From positions 159,394-223,393 of the IMG/VR virus record IMGVR_UViG_3300028584_000450: a stretch of DNA of 64,000 nt; one strand, written 5' to 3'. Source of the stretch: a virus (Duplodnaviria; Heunggongvirae; Uroviricota; Caudoviricetes). A program made the position numbers and the translations under genes. Under the pieces are notes generated by a model. It was given only the letters and a program-made list of their open reading frames with translations, was not told the DNA's origin and did no database searches. How positions within the stretch are numbered: the stretch's first letter is position 1; the number at the start of each line of letters is the position of its first letter. Shown in pieces: positions 56,207-64,000 of this stretch.

Positions 56207-56218
56207 AACGGCAAAAAT
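56207..56218 (+). promoter_or_regulatory. AACGGCAAAAAT motif
   Basis: Member of the clustered AACGGCAAAAT family. Confidence 0.35.
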
Positions 56219-56251
56219 TATGGTTTTATCAATAACTATACAAAGATTATA

Positions 56252-56262
56252 AACGGCAAAAT
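56252..56262 (+). promoter_or_regulatory. AACGGCAAAAT motif
   Basis: Exact 11-mer. Confidence 0.35.
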
Positions 56263-56294
56263 CTAAATTGTCTGGAAAAATAATCAAATCCGTC

Positions 56295-56304
56295 ATATAG
56301 ATAT
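56295..56304 (+). promoter_or_regulatory. ATATAGATAT promoter-like motif
   Basis: Exact 10-mer, 43 nt upstream of 56347. Confidence 0.4.
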
Positions 56305-56346
56305 TATACAATAGTATATAATAACTTTAATTTGGAGGGTTAAAAA

Positions 56347-56616
56347 ATGGACAAAATTGAAATACCATGGGCTGAAATAACTATCGGTGCCGCAGGTCAA
56401 ATGATCGGCGGTAGTTGCACAATGGTGATTGGGGCATTGCTCGAAAGAACTCCATTCACTGCAATTGGAATTCTGATGGTTGTTGTGATTGGTTGTCTTT
56501 TACTGAATAGGTTAAACTACTATTCAAAAAAGGTAAAGGATAATAAAGCACATATGTTCCTTGGAGTATTTATCGGTGTGATTATAATCACCGCGGCAAT
56601 CAATAGACAACATTAA
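56347..56616 (+). CDS. small membrane protein
   Basis: Two or three TM helices. GGAGGG SD. Confidence 0.5.
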   Translation: MDKIEIPWAEITIGAAGQMIGGSCTMVIGALLERTPFTAIGILMVVVIGCLLLNRLNYYSKKVKDNKAHMFLGVFIGVIIITAAINRQH

Positions 56617-56623
56617 AAAGGAG

Positions 56624-57010
56624 ATGGAGATGGACCTATTCATTGATAATGATAGAAGAAATATTGAAAGGATTAATTGCATATCGAGTTTAATAATTGG
56701 TATATTGGTCTCTTACTTTATCATCGGAATGGTGATTTGGTATGGAGGACAATTCATTCCAATATTAAATATGGATGATTTTAAAGTTGGAGCTGGAAAA
56801 ATAGTACTAACTAATGGGTTACTAATAATTACAGAAATTAATGAATCACTCATTATACTTCTACTAGCAGCTCATACCGGATTGGTATTGTTCATTAATC
56901 CTAAGGCAGAAACACCATGGCGGATTAAACAGAATGTGTTAATTAAAAAGAACCTAACATATGGGATGGTTCTGGGAAGTATAATATTAATAATTAACAT
57001 ATTGGTGTGA
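56624..57010 (+). CDS. membrane protein
   Basis: Three or four TM helices. AAAGGAGATGG SD. Confidence 0.5.
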   Translation: MEMDLFIDNDRRNIERINCISSLIIGILVSYFIIGMVIWYGGQFIPILNMDDFKVGAGKIVLTNGLLIITEINESLIILLLAAHTGLVLFINPKAETPWRIKQNVLIKKNLTYGMVLGSIILIINILV

Positions 57011-57173
57011 TATAAATGGACTAGATAAGGAAATTATATCTTTATCTAGTCCAAATATATCATAAACTTTTTTTATTGTTAATATTAAATAGATAAATAA
57101 ATAAACAATAAATATATTAACTGTCAAGGCTATTATTTTCTCAACCACAAGCATATTTTTATAATTGGTATTT

Positions 57174-57184
57174 AACGGCAAAAT
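57174..57184 (+). promoter_or_regulatory. AACGGCAAAAT motif
   Basis: Exact 11-mer. Confidence 0.35.
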
Positions 57185-57230
57185 TTGTGGGATTATAATG
57201 GTAAATAGTTATGGTATTATTAAATAATGA

Positions 57231-57240
57231 ATATAGATAT
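57231..57240 (+). promoter_or_regulatory. ATATAGATAT promoter-like motif
   Basis: Exact 10-mer. Confidence 0.35.
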
Positions 57241-57305
57241 ATGGTATTATAATATTTAAAGATACAGTTCCTACAATAGTGGATTAATACCTGTGTGTTT
57301 AAATA

Positions 57306-58172
57306 TTATTGTACCAGAAAATAGAATATCTGAAGATGTATTTTTTTACCAGTTGGAATGGATTTTGGTATATTAATATATGCTTCAGTAACATTAGAAA
57401 ATAATTGAATGTACATATTTTTATCAATAATAGCAGAGATAGATTGTCCAGTATCATTATATGCAAGGTTTATAAATGCCCCATTTGTTTTTTTTGGATA
57501 AAATAGGGATGGTTGAAGAGCCAATATATTACCTGGAGAAGGTAAATATATACCATTGATCTGTTCAGATATTAAAATATTTGTAACGGCAAAATCAAAA
57601 GAATTATAATGTGATTTTATTTCAACTTGTAGTTGGGATGTATCTACACCAGTCAAAATAAGATCTATAATAGCTATAGAATTTTCTCCAGTTCCATCAC
57701 CATGATAGGTTCCAACTCCATATGCAGAGCCAGTTCCACCAGTATGCCCAGTACCTCCAGTACCAGCCGTCGATCCAGTACCTCCAGTACCTCCGGAAAT
57801 ACTTCCAGTCCCTGGACTCCCAGTACCTCCAGTAGGCCCAAATCCACCAGTACCTCCAGTAGGTCCAGTACCTCCAGTAGGTCCAGTACCTCCAGTGGTT
57901 CCACGACAACCAGTTGCTCCAGTTGCTCCAGTTTGACCATGAAGTCCAATAGGACCAGTTCCACCACATCTTCCGGTTCCACCAAGAACACTTACACCAT
58001 CTGGCATTAAATCATCTCTAAGTTTCAACCATCCAGTTTGTAATCCAAAATAGAAATTATCATGATCATGGACATAAATAATTCTACCAATAAAAGGAAC
58101 TCCCCAATCGGGAAGTGTAGGAAAAGCTTCAACTGGAAGATAATCAATAATATCTCCACCATATATTTCCAT
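57306..58172 (-). CDS. collagen-like repeat protein (288 aa)
   Basis: ~100-aa G-X-Y tract ([34 protein letters not shown]...). N-terminal domain homologous to the giant protein ([10 protein letters not shown]). Confidence 0.75.
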   Translation of the reverse strand: MEIYGGDIIDYLPVEAFPTLPDWGVPFIGRIIYVHDHDNFYFGLQTGWLKLRDDLMPDGVSVLGGTGRCGGTGPIGLHGQTGATGATGCRGTTGGTGPTGGTGPTGGTGGFGPTGGTGSPGTGSISGGTGGTGSTAGTGGTGHTGGTGSAYGVGTYHGDGTGENSIAIIDLILTGVDTSQLQVEIKSHYNSFDFAVTNILISEQINGIYLPSPGNILALQPSLFYPKKTNGAFINLAYNDTGQSISAIIDKNMYIQLFSNVTEAYINIPKSIPTGKKIHLQIFYFLVQ

Positions 58173-58200
58173 ATTGTTTCCTATTTTTTTAAAATATTAT

Positions 58201-58210
58201 GTATAGATAT
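58201..58210 (+). promoter_or_regulatory. GTATAGATAT promoter-like motif (variant)
   Basis: 9 of 10 match. 44 nt upstream of 58254. Confidence 0.3.
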
Positions 58211-58253
58211 ATAACAATAGGTATTATCTATCAATTATATTGGAGGCAAAAAA

Positions 58254-59039
58254 ATGACCAAACCAACATTGTCCGAAATTGAAGTTAAAGAAATATTAAC
58301 TAGGTTGCCAGAAATGGCATATATTTCAGAAATGAAATATGGCCGAAATACAAAATCATTCTGGGTTAGATTACCAGGATGTAGAATGGATAAAAAGCTA
58401 CAAAAATCATTTACATATAGTAAATGTGGGAGTAAAGAGAATTCACTACTCCAAGCTAAATTATGGAGAGATAAACAATATATAAAAGGAATTAAAGCTG
58501 GTTTGTTTCTAGAATATTTTTACAGTTACCCGACTAGAAATTTAATAAGAAAACCAAAAAATGGAAGACTTGGGATATTCATATATAATAATATCCATAA
58601 AGTTATACGAAATGGAAAATTATATGACATTCGAGAATATGCATATGTTGCATCTTGGATTGAATATGATCACCAAAAAAATGAATATACCCGTAAAAGT
58701 GTGCGGAAGTTCTTTTCAATAAACAAATATGGAAAGGAAGAAGCAAAAAGGCTGGCCATCGAAGCACGAACTAATATAGAAAAATATTTAAACTCTAGAA
58801 AACATAAGGATTTACGAAAAAAGTGGATGGACCTGAGAAATAAAAGCATATTGTCTAAATTAGGTCCAATGACATATATAATTGAGACAATATCTGGATT
58901 TAGAGTACATATTCCAGGTAAGAGACCAAAAAGTTTTCACATCAATAAACATATTGATGGAAGAGATGAAGCATTGTTCTGGGCTCAAGATTGGAGAGAT
59001 GATATAATCATCGACTCTAAAACCAAAATTAAAGATTAA
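58254..59039 (+). CDS. putative DNA-binding protein with repeated AP2-like modules
   Basis: Repeated KSFWVRLPG...LWRDK, YGKEEAKRLAIEAR and GFRVHIPGKRPKSFHINKHIDGRDEALFWAQDWRDD segments resemble AP2/integrase-type DNA-binding domains. Confidence 0.35.
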   Translation: MTKPTLSEIEVKEILTRLPEMAYISEMKYGRNTKSFWVRLPGCRMDKKLQKSFTYSKCGSKENSLLQAKLWRDKQYIKGIKAGLFLEYFYSYPTRNLIRKPKNGRLGIFIYNNIHKVIRNGKLYDIREYAYVASWIEYDHQKNEYTRKSVRKFFSINKYGKEEAKRLAIEARTNIEKYLNSRKHKDLRKKWMDLRNKSILSKLGPMTYIIETISGFRVHIPGKRPKSFHINKHIDGRDEALFWAQDWRDDIIIDSKTKIKD

Positions 59040-59044
59040 AAAAG

Positions 59045-59094
59045 ATGGACCAATTAATTAATTATAATTAATTGGTCCATTGACTTTTTTTATT
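59045..59094. terminator. bidirectional rho-independent terminator
   Basis: 36-nt palindrome ATGGACCAATTAATTA-ATTA-TAATTAATTGGTCCAT, then TGACTTTTTTTATT. Confidence 0.75.
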
Positions 59095-59983
59095 ATCGAT
59101 ATTCAAGATCGGGTTTATCTTTCTTTATCACGGGAGCTAATTTTTGTGCAAGTTTAAGTTGAACTTGAACTTGATTTTCACCGAGGTTTGGAACTGCTTG
59201 ACCAGGATTATAACTAGTTCCGCAATTCATTTTAACTATCGGTGCTTGCAACGCTATTAAAACATTTGCTCCAATACCATATACTAATGCAGCACTGCAA
59301 AGTGCAGATAATTTGGCAATCTCAAACCGCATTTTACCAGAATAATCATACACATTTTTATCAACCCGCTGATGAGCAGAGCCACCAACTTCAATCTTTT
59401 GATCTTTATCAACATGACAATTGTATTCTTTCTTAATAGAAATACCAAGGTTATCATCACTATATAAATGATATCCATCTTCATTAATTATTGTCGTTGT
59501 ACGAAGTTCATTATAATATAGATGAATTGAATTTGGAATTAATGCTCCAGTTAATCCTGGACCTGAAGTTTCTTCAAGTACAATAAACATATTATGTTTC
59601 TTAGGAGTTTTAAATAACAAATACATATCATCTCGATCATTAGTACTTACTGGGGCACCTACACCAATTTTAAGAATACAATCTAAAATCTGATCTGACA
59701 TTATTCGGTCAATATATCCAGTATTTAGATCATCTTCATAAAATTTAATCATTACACAGGTTCCAGGCTGAACTGGTTTATATTCCCCATAAAGACTATC
59801 ATCACTTCCAGTATATCTCCACTTATGGATATGATTTTTAACCCAAATACCTTCAGTTTTAGTCATTAATGGTTGAAGTTCAGGAATATGTACTTTATAT
59901 CTGCCCTGATTTTTAGGATCAATAGGAGGCAATGTTATTGCATGATATTCATTTTCACGTAAACTTCGGCCATGATTACTCAT
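59093..59983 (-). CDS. putative structural protein
   Basis: 296-aa ORF in a co-directional block with collagen-like genes. No motif recognised. Confidence 0.5.
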   Translation of the reverse strand: MSNHGRSLRENEYHAITLPPIDPKNQGRYKVHIPELQPLMTKTEGIWVKNHIHKWRYTGSDDSLYGEYKPVQPGTCVMIKFYEDDLNTGYIDRIMSDQILDCILKIGVGAPVSTNDRDDMYLLFKTPKKHNMFIVLEETSGPGLTGALIPNSIHLYYNELRTTTIINEDGYHLYSDDNLGISIKKEYNCHVDKDQKIEVGGSAHQRVDKNVYDYSGKMRFEIAKLSALCSAALVYGIGANVLIALQAPIVKMNCGTSYNPGQAVPNLGENQVQVQLKLAQKLAPVIKKDKPDLEYR

Positions 59984-59984
59984 T

Positions 59985-60518
59985 TTAATTTACTCTGGTT
60001 ATTCTAGCAGATGATTTATATGTTGTGTCTTTTTTTACTCCACCAAGTAAAAGGCTTGGATGTTTATAATCCGATTTACGAACACTAATATTTAAAATGG
60101 TTTTATCAGAAAATCCTTTACAACCTTTAAAATTAGTTAATTGAAATCCATGTTCGAAAATACGGTAGAACCAATCAAATAATCGTCCTTTTTTAGGCCT
60201 TCCAAAGAAATGTGTAATAACTTCACAAGTTCCAGACTTCTCAACAGTAAATTCCACTTGATCTGCATTTTTAGCAGCAATAATATACCCATTAGTACTA
60301 ATATCTGGAGTATTAAATACTGCATCTTCTGCAGTGTAGAATAAAAATGATGGGTTAAGATTTGCAACCATTCTGAGATTATTCAACACAATCCCTTTAT
60401 TTGGTACATCTCCAAATGATAATGAAACTAGATCAAATGGAATTGTTCCACTTCTCCAAGGAACTTTATCGTAATTAATTGATTCCAAAACTAAACTATT
60501 GATGTTTTGAATTTCCAT
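59985..60518 (-). CDS. putative structural protein
   Basis: 177-aa ORF, 1-nt intergenic gap. Confidence 0.5.
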   Translation of the reverse strand: MEIQNINSLVLESINYDKVPWRSGTIPFDLVSLSFGDVPNKGIVLNNLRMVANLNPSFLFYTAEDAVFNTPDISTNGYIIAAKNADQVEFTVEKSGTCEVITHFFGRPKKGRLFDWFYRIFEHGFQLTNFKGCKGFSDKTILNISVRKSDYKHPSLLLGGVKKDTTYKSSARITRVN

Positions 60519-60523
60519 TAATA

Positions 60524-60967
60524 TTACTGTCCTGTAGGTTCTTTATAGTTATGCATATCTGCAACATTTCGGCTCATAGGAGCAGGAGTAATTACCATCG
60601 TTCTAGGAACTTTAATTATTTTTGCTTCATAATCCATTATATTTCCAGTTCCAGCAGGTTTAATATTAAAATTATGTCCGGGATCAACAGGATAACCTTG
60701 AGGTGTAGCAATAGTCGTAATTCCATGCTGTTCAATAACACGCCCTTTAATAATGTTTGCAAACTGTAAAAGATCTTTAAATATATAAGTTTCAGTATGT
60801 GTTATCTTATTTCGAATTTCCCAAAATAACTCTTCCAATTTTCCATTGTAATCTACTAGAAATTCATCATAATCTCCAGCAAAAAATTCATTACCCTGAC
60901 CAACAAGAGATCCACCAGTTGTTTTAACTCGGCTCAGAATATCTGAAACTGCAATAAAATCACTCAT
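60524..60967 (-). CDS. putative structural protein
   Basis: 147-aa ORF. Confidence 0.5.
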   Translation of the reverse strand: MSDFIAVSDILSRVKTTGGSLVGQGNEFFAGDYDEFLVDYNGKLEELFWEIRNKITHTETYIFKDLLQFANIIKGRVIEQHGITTIATPQGYPVDPGHNFNIKPAGTGNIMDYEAKIIKVPRTMVITPAPMSRNVADMHNYKEPTGQ

Positions 60968-61110
60968 TATAAATTCTCCAAATATAGTTAAATGTTAGTA
61001 TTGATATTGGTGATTGTATTTATCAACAACATTAATACAGATATAAAAATTATAATACGGTAAGTTTAAGTTTGTAAATCTAATATCTTTATTTTAATGT
61101 TAGGAGGTTT

Positions 61111-61347
61111 TTGATGAAAGTGGATTATTTAACTGCACGATTAACGGTTCATATTCCCATTTCAATAACGTTTCCAGAAGGATTACTTCAGAAAATTATT
61201 GATCAGACTGATGGTGGTGATACTAAATTAATTAATCATTATCGAGAGATAATTAAGAATCAAGCAAATATGGCCCTCAATGAATTACCAAAATCAACAC
61301 ATATAACAAAAAGTAATGTTCCAGCATTAATCGAAAATATCGATTAA
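61111..61347 (+). CDS. hypothetical protein
   Basis: ORF after TTAGGAGGTTTTTG. Confidence 0.5.
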   Translation: MMKVDYLTARLTVHIPISITFPEGLLQKIIDQTDGGDTKLINHYREIIKNQANMALNELPKSTHITKSNVPALIENID

Positions 61348-61422
61348 TAGACAAAATAGGTAGAATTTAACAAATTTTACCTATTTTTTACCTATAAGAA
61401 TTATATTACTTTTAAATATTAT

Positions 61423-61432
61423 ATATAGATAT
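61423..61432 (+). promoter_or_regulatory. ATATAGATAT promoter-like motif
   Basis: Exact 10-mer. Confidence 0.4.
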
Positions 61433-61488
61433 ATGTAGTTAAGGATTATCCAATAATGGATAATTAAAACCATAAAGTTGGAGGCGAA

Positions 61489-61803
61489 ATGTTTAATCAT
61501 AGAGTAGTGCGAGTAGTGAAAAGTGTAATTATTGGTGGTGCCGGCTTTGCCGGGGCCATCATAGCCCTTGGAGCAGTTGCTCCAGTAGCACCAGTAGTTG
61601 CTGGTGCTACTGGAGTTGGTGTAGCAATTAGCGGTAACGCTATGGTATCAAAAGGCGTTGCCGTGATCTCTACGTTAATCGTCAGCATGGCAATGGCTGA
61701 GGCTACTGTCGATATGGTATCGGCATTAACCTCCCAATCGGCGTTAAATGCAACCTGGGAGAAACAGCAGGCTGGAGAACCAACTCCAGCAGCTGCTTCA
61801 TAA
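61489..61803 (+). CDS. Gly/Ala-rich small hydrophobic protein
   Basis: VIIGGAGFAGAIIALGAVAPVAPVVAGATGVGVAISG. GC-rich codons. TTGGAGGCGAA SD. Confidence 0.5.
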   Translation: MFNHRVVRVVKSVIIGGAGFAGAIIALGAVAPVAPVVAGATGVGVAISGNAMVSKGVAVISTLIVSMAMAEATVDMVSALTSQSALNATWEKQQAGEPTPAAAS

Positions 61804-61810
61804 ATAATGA

Positions 61811-61856
61811 AGCCTGGACTAAACATCCAGGCTCATTAGCTTTTATTTTTTTATTT
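61811..61856. terminator. bidirectional rho-independent terminator
   Basis: Stem AGCCTGGA/TCCAGGCT, then CATTAGCTTTTATTTTTTTATTT. Confidence 0.7.
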
Positions 61857-62543
61857 AACAATAACAGGTTCTGGTTGAACTACTATCGTAGGCGGAGAGG
61901 TACTATCGGTAGTAGTAGTATTATCATAATTGGTTCTACCATCAGTAGTAGTAGTAGTATTATCATAATTGGTTCTACCATCAGTAGTAGTATTATCATA
62001 ATTAGTACGACTATCAGTACTTGTAGTTGCAGTGCTTGTAGTTGCAGTGCTTGTAGTTGCAGTATCTGCATTATCTGAATTTGAATGTTCTGTAACAGAA
62101 CCATCTCCCTCAACATGCTTTGTTGTTACATTTATACTATTTTCAGAATCCTTCTTAACTGTAATAGGAGAATTATCTCCACTATTATATGAAGTTGTTC
62201 CAATTCTATCTAAAACATGACCGATAGCCCAACCACCACCAAATATCTTAATTGCTGCTGAATTAAGAATAGTATCAGTAGTTTGAACAAAAGCATTTGG
62301 TTCAGCAACAACTGGCATTGGAGCTACTTGACTATGATTATAAACGGTGAACACTTCTCCTGATTTCGCAGTCATTGTAGCGATTTTATTATTTGTATTT
62401 GCAATAGCCCAGGCTTTAGAGGCTTCTCCTTTTGCTTGCCACATTGCAGCATCAGCATTATACTTTGCATCAGAAACAAATAAAGAACAACCATGACAAA
62501 AAATAAGCAGAATAAAAATAATACAATATATAATTTTATTCAT
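61851..62543 (-). CDS. lipoprotein with Thr-rich tandem repeats
   Basis: Signal peptide plus Cys (FCHGCS). TATTSTATTSTATTST and 3 x DGRTNYDNTTTT, encoded by tandem DNA repeats at ~61900-62080. Confidence 0.6.
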   Translation of the reverse strand: MNKIIYCIIFILLIFCHGCSLFVSDAKYNADAAMWQAKGEASKAWAIANTNNKIATMTAKSGEVFTVYNHSQVAPMPVVAEPNAFVQTTDTILNSAAIKIFGGGWAIGHVLDRIGTTSYNSGDNSPITVKKDSENSINVTTKHVEGDGSVTEHSNSDNADTATTSTATTSTATTSTDSRTNYDNTTTDGRTNYDNTTTTTDGRTNYDNTTTTDSTSPPTIVVQPEPVIVK

Positions 62544-62554
62544 AAATAAACTCC

Positions 62555-63523
62555 TTATAATCCAAATACAGAAGTGACATCATAAGACATATTATCAATC
62601 AATTTATAAATTTCAACTTCTATTTTATTCTGTAAATCACTAGATACTGCAGCAACATTAAGAGTTGGAAATGGATATTTTGAAACTATAGACAAAGCAA
62701 TCAAATAATCTAAAGTAGAAGTCATTGCATAAAATCCAGTAGGCTTCAATATTGAAATTGCTTTCATCATAAGAAGAGGAGGAGATTCATTAATTATCTT
62801 AAAATCAATCCAAGCTTTAAAGATATCTCGCATATATGTATATTTTTGAAGATGAACAATTAATGGATCAACTTCTTTCTGTAATGATGTGCTAATTCGA
62901 CGATAAGTATATTCTTTAGCTAAATCATGATTAACTTTGATTAGAAATCGATAAAAGAAATAAGAACATAAAACATCTAGAAATTCTTTTTGACGAGGAG
63001 ATAATGTGACTGACTTTGATAATAATTTAAGACACAAAAAGTTAACATATTTAATTATATCCCCATGTAGTTTTATATTATTTTTTATCTCTTTAGTATG
63101 AACCCTTACTGTTGCTCTTATAAATTCGAAATATGTAGCGTAAAATGCAGATTCTATTCTACTTGTTTCCCCTGTTTCTGGATCTATATCTAATTCTACG
63201 ACATCTAACAATACTCCAGCAAACTTAATTCTATTAATAATAAATGATCCTAAAATTCCATTTTTACTAGGACTGCTAAAATCTCTACCTAAAAATATAA
63301 GGTTTCTATCTATTAATTTTTGAACGGCAGATTTTGCATGTGTTTTCGGAATTTTTACAATAAATGAATTTAATGTGTTTCTGAAAGTGTCATATAAAAG
63401 TTTATTATCGCTATTTCCAGGTGTCATAATTAATAATTTACGTTCACCAACAAAAATTGGTAAATTCATATCTTCAGGATCAACAGAGGTAGGATCAAAT
63501 ATTGATGTGTTTTGATATTTCAT
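62555..63523 (-). CDS. hypothetical protein
   Basis: 322-aa ORF. Confidence 0.55.
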   Translation of the reverse strand: MKYQNTSIFDPTSVDPEDMNLPIFVGERKLLIMTPGNSDNKLLYDTFRNTLNSFIVKIPKTHAKSAVQKLIDRNLIFLGRDFSSPSKNGILGSFIINRIKFAGVLLDVVELDIDPETGETSRIESAFYATYFEFIRATVRVHTKEIKNNIKLHGDIIKYVNFLCLKLLSKSVTLSPRQKEFLDVLCSYFFYRFLIKVNHDLAKEYTYRRISTSLQKEVDPLIVHLQKYTYMRDIFKAWIDFKIINESPPLLMMKAISILKPTGFYAMTSTLDYLIALSIVSKYPFPTLNVAAVSSDLQNKIEVEIYKLIDNMSYDVTSVFGL

Positions 63524-63529
63524 AAAAAG

Positions 63530-63874
63530 TCATTCCTTCTCAAAAGCTAAAATAGAAATAATTGAAGAGTTTGATGGAGCACAAATGCTTCCATTTAAAT
63601 ATTCAGTATTAAATTGATAAATCGTTCCAAGATCATTACACATCAATACAATTGGATAATAGTATTGATTTTTATATGTATCATCACAAAATTGATGTGG
63701 GTTGAAATTCCAATTTTGATTATCAAAGGCTACCGTTTTGGCACCCAGGACTAATGATAGTTTATTTTTAAAAAAAATATTCGAATGAGGTGTTTTTTTA
63801 AACTCATTAAATATAATTTTGGAAACCGACGATAATCCTGAATAATGATTGACTAAATTCGATGTAGTTCTCAT
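63530..63874 (-). CDS. hypothetical protein
   Basis: 114-aa ORF. Confidence 0.5.
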   Translation of the reverse strand: MRTTSNLVNHYSGLSSVSKIIFNEFKKTPHSNIFFKNKLSLVLGAKTVAFDNQNWNFNPHQFCDDTYKNQYYYPIVLMCNDLGTIYQFNTEYLNGSICAPSNSSIISILAFEKE

Positions 63875-63903
63875 GACATCCCCATATTTTTTTTAAATAT
63901 TTT

Positions 63904-63913
63904 ATATAGATAT
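63904..63913 (+). promoter_or_regulatory. ATATAGATAT promoter-like motif
   Basis: Exact 10-mer near the window end. Confidence 0.35.
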
Positions 63914-64000
63914 ATTGTATTATCAATAATAGAGATTAGTTATATGAGTTACATAACATTCTCAGTTATTTTCTTAATAGTTTTAATTAATTTAATGGAG

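Noticed and set aside
57633-58010. ORFs 57633..58010 (+), 57674..57991 (-) and 57697..57969 (-) overlapping the 288-aa collagen-like gene
   Set aside because: Alternate-frame or antisense artefacts of the GGT-NCC-NGT collagen repeat (they translate to poly-Ser/Thr or Trp/Tyr/Leu junk).
1-64000. Eukaryotic giant-virus origin (suggested by DUF4116-like repeats, collagen-like proteins, paralog expansions, rhamnose-pathway gene)
   Set aside because: Pervasive AGGAG/GGAGG Shine-Dalgarno sites at fixed spacing, ATGA/TAATG translational coupling and intrinsic hairpin-plus-T-run terminators indicate prokaryotic expression signals.

Overview
AT-rich (~28% GC), gene-dense 64-kb window with prokaryotic signatures: GGAGG-type Shine-Dalgarno sites, ATGA/TAATG overlaps and hairpin terminators. 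It is built from many small genes, extensive intra-window paralog families, and a conserved intergenic motif ATATAGATAT that recurs about 25 times, almost always on the + strand upstream of + strand genes. I read it as part of a large bacteriophage/prophage or similar mobile element of a low-GC host; the host cannot be named from sequence alone. Layout: (1) 1-466, 3' end of rmlC. (2) 1.2-11.7 kb, 18 tandem paralogs plus one decayed fragment encoding ~33-aa QTPELCKLAIE repeat proteins that look DUF4116-like; the conserved C-terminus KFPExHEYWRLLYG carries the SD and start codon of the next paralog. (3) 11.8-19 kb, small-gene region with a ParB-nuclease-like protein, a DUF262 protein, a DnaJ-like J-domain/zinc-finger protein, a 3D-domain protein, a metallophosphoesterase, and a 2x76-bp tandem repeat between a T7-like promoter lookalike and a terminator. 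(4) 20-28 kb, GC-elevated inserted genes: DHH/DHHA1-like phosphoesterase, macro domain, PcfJ-like, and duplicated promoter/leader cassettes. (5) 29-47 kb, further paralog families (YYANKEQV...HGHD family of 8 genes, RyR-domain-like family of 4, a 3-gene family), an SPFH/band-7 lipoprotein operon, and many tiny membrane or zinc-ribbon proteins. (6) 47.9-63.9 kb, minus-strand block with a full-length methyl-accepting chemotaxis protein, a 2052-aa collagen-like fibre protein, a second collagen-like protein and putative structural genes, with a clustered AACGGCAAAAT motif. No CRISPR array, rRNA or convincing tRNA found.
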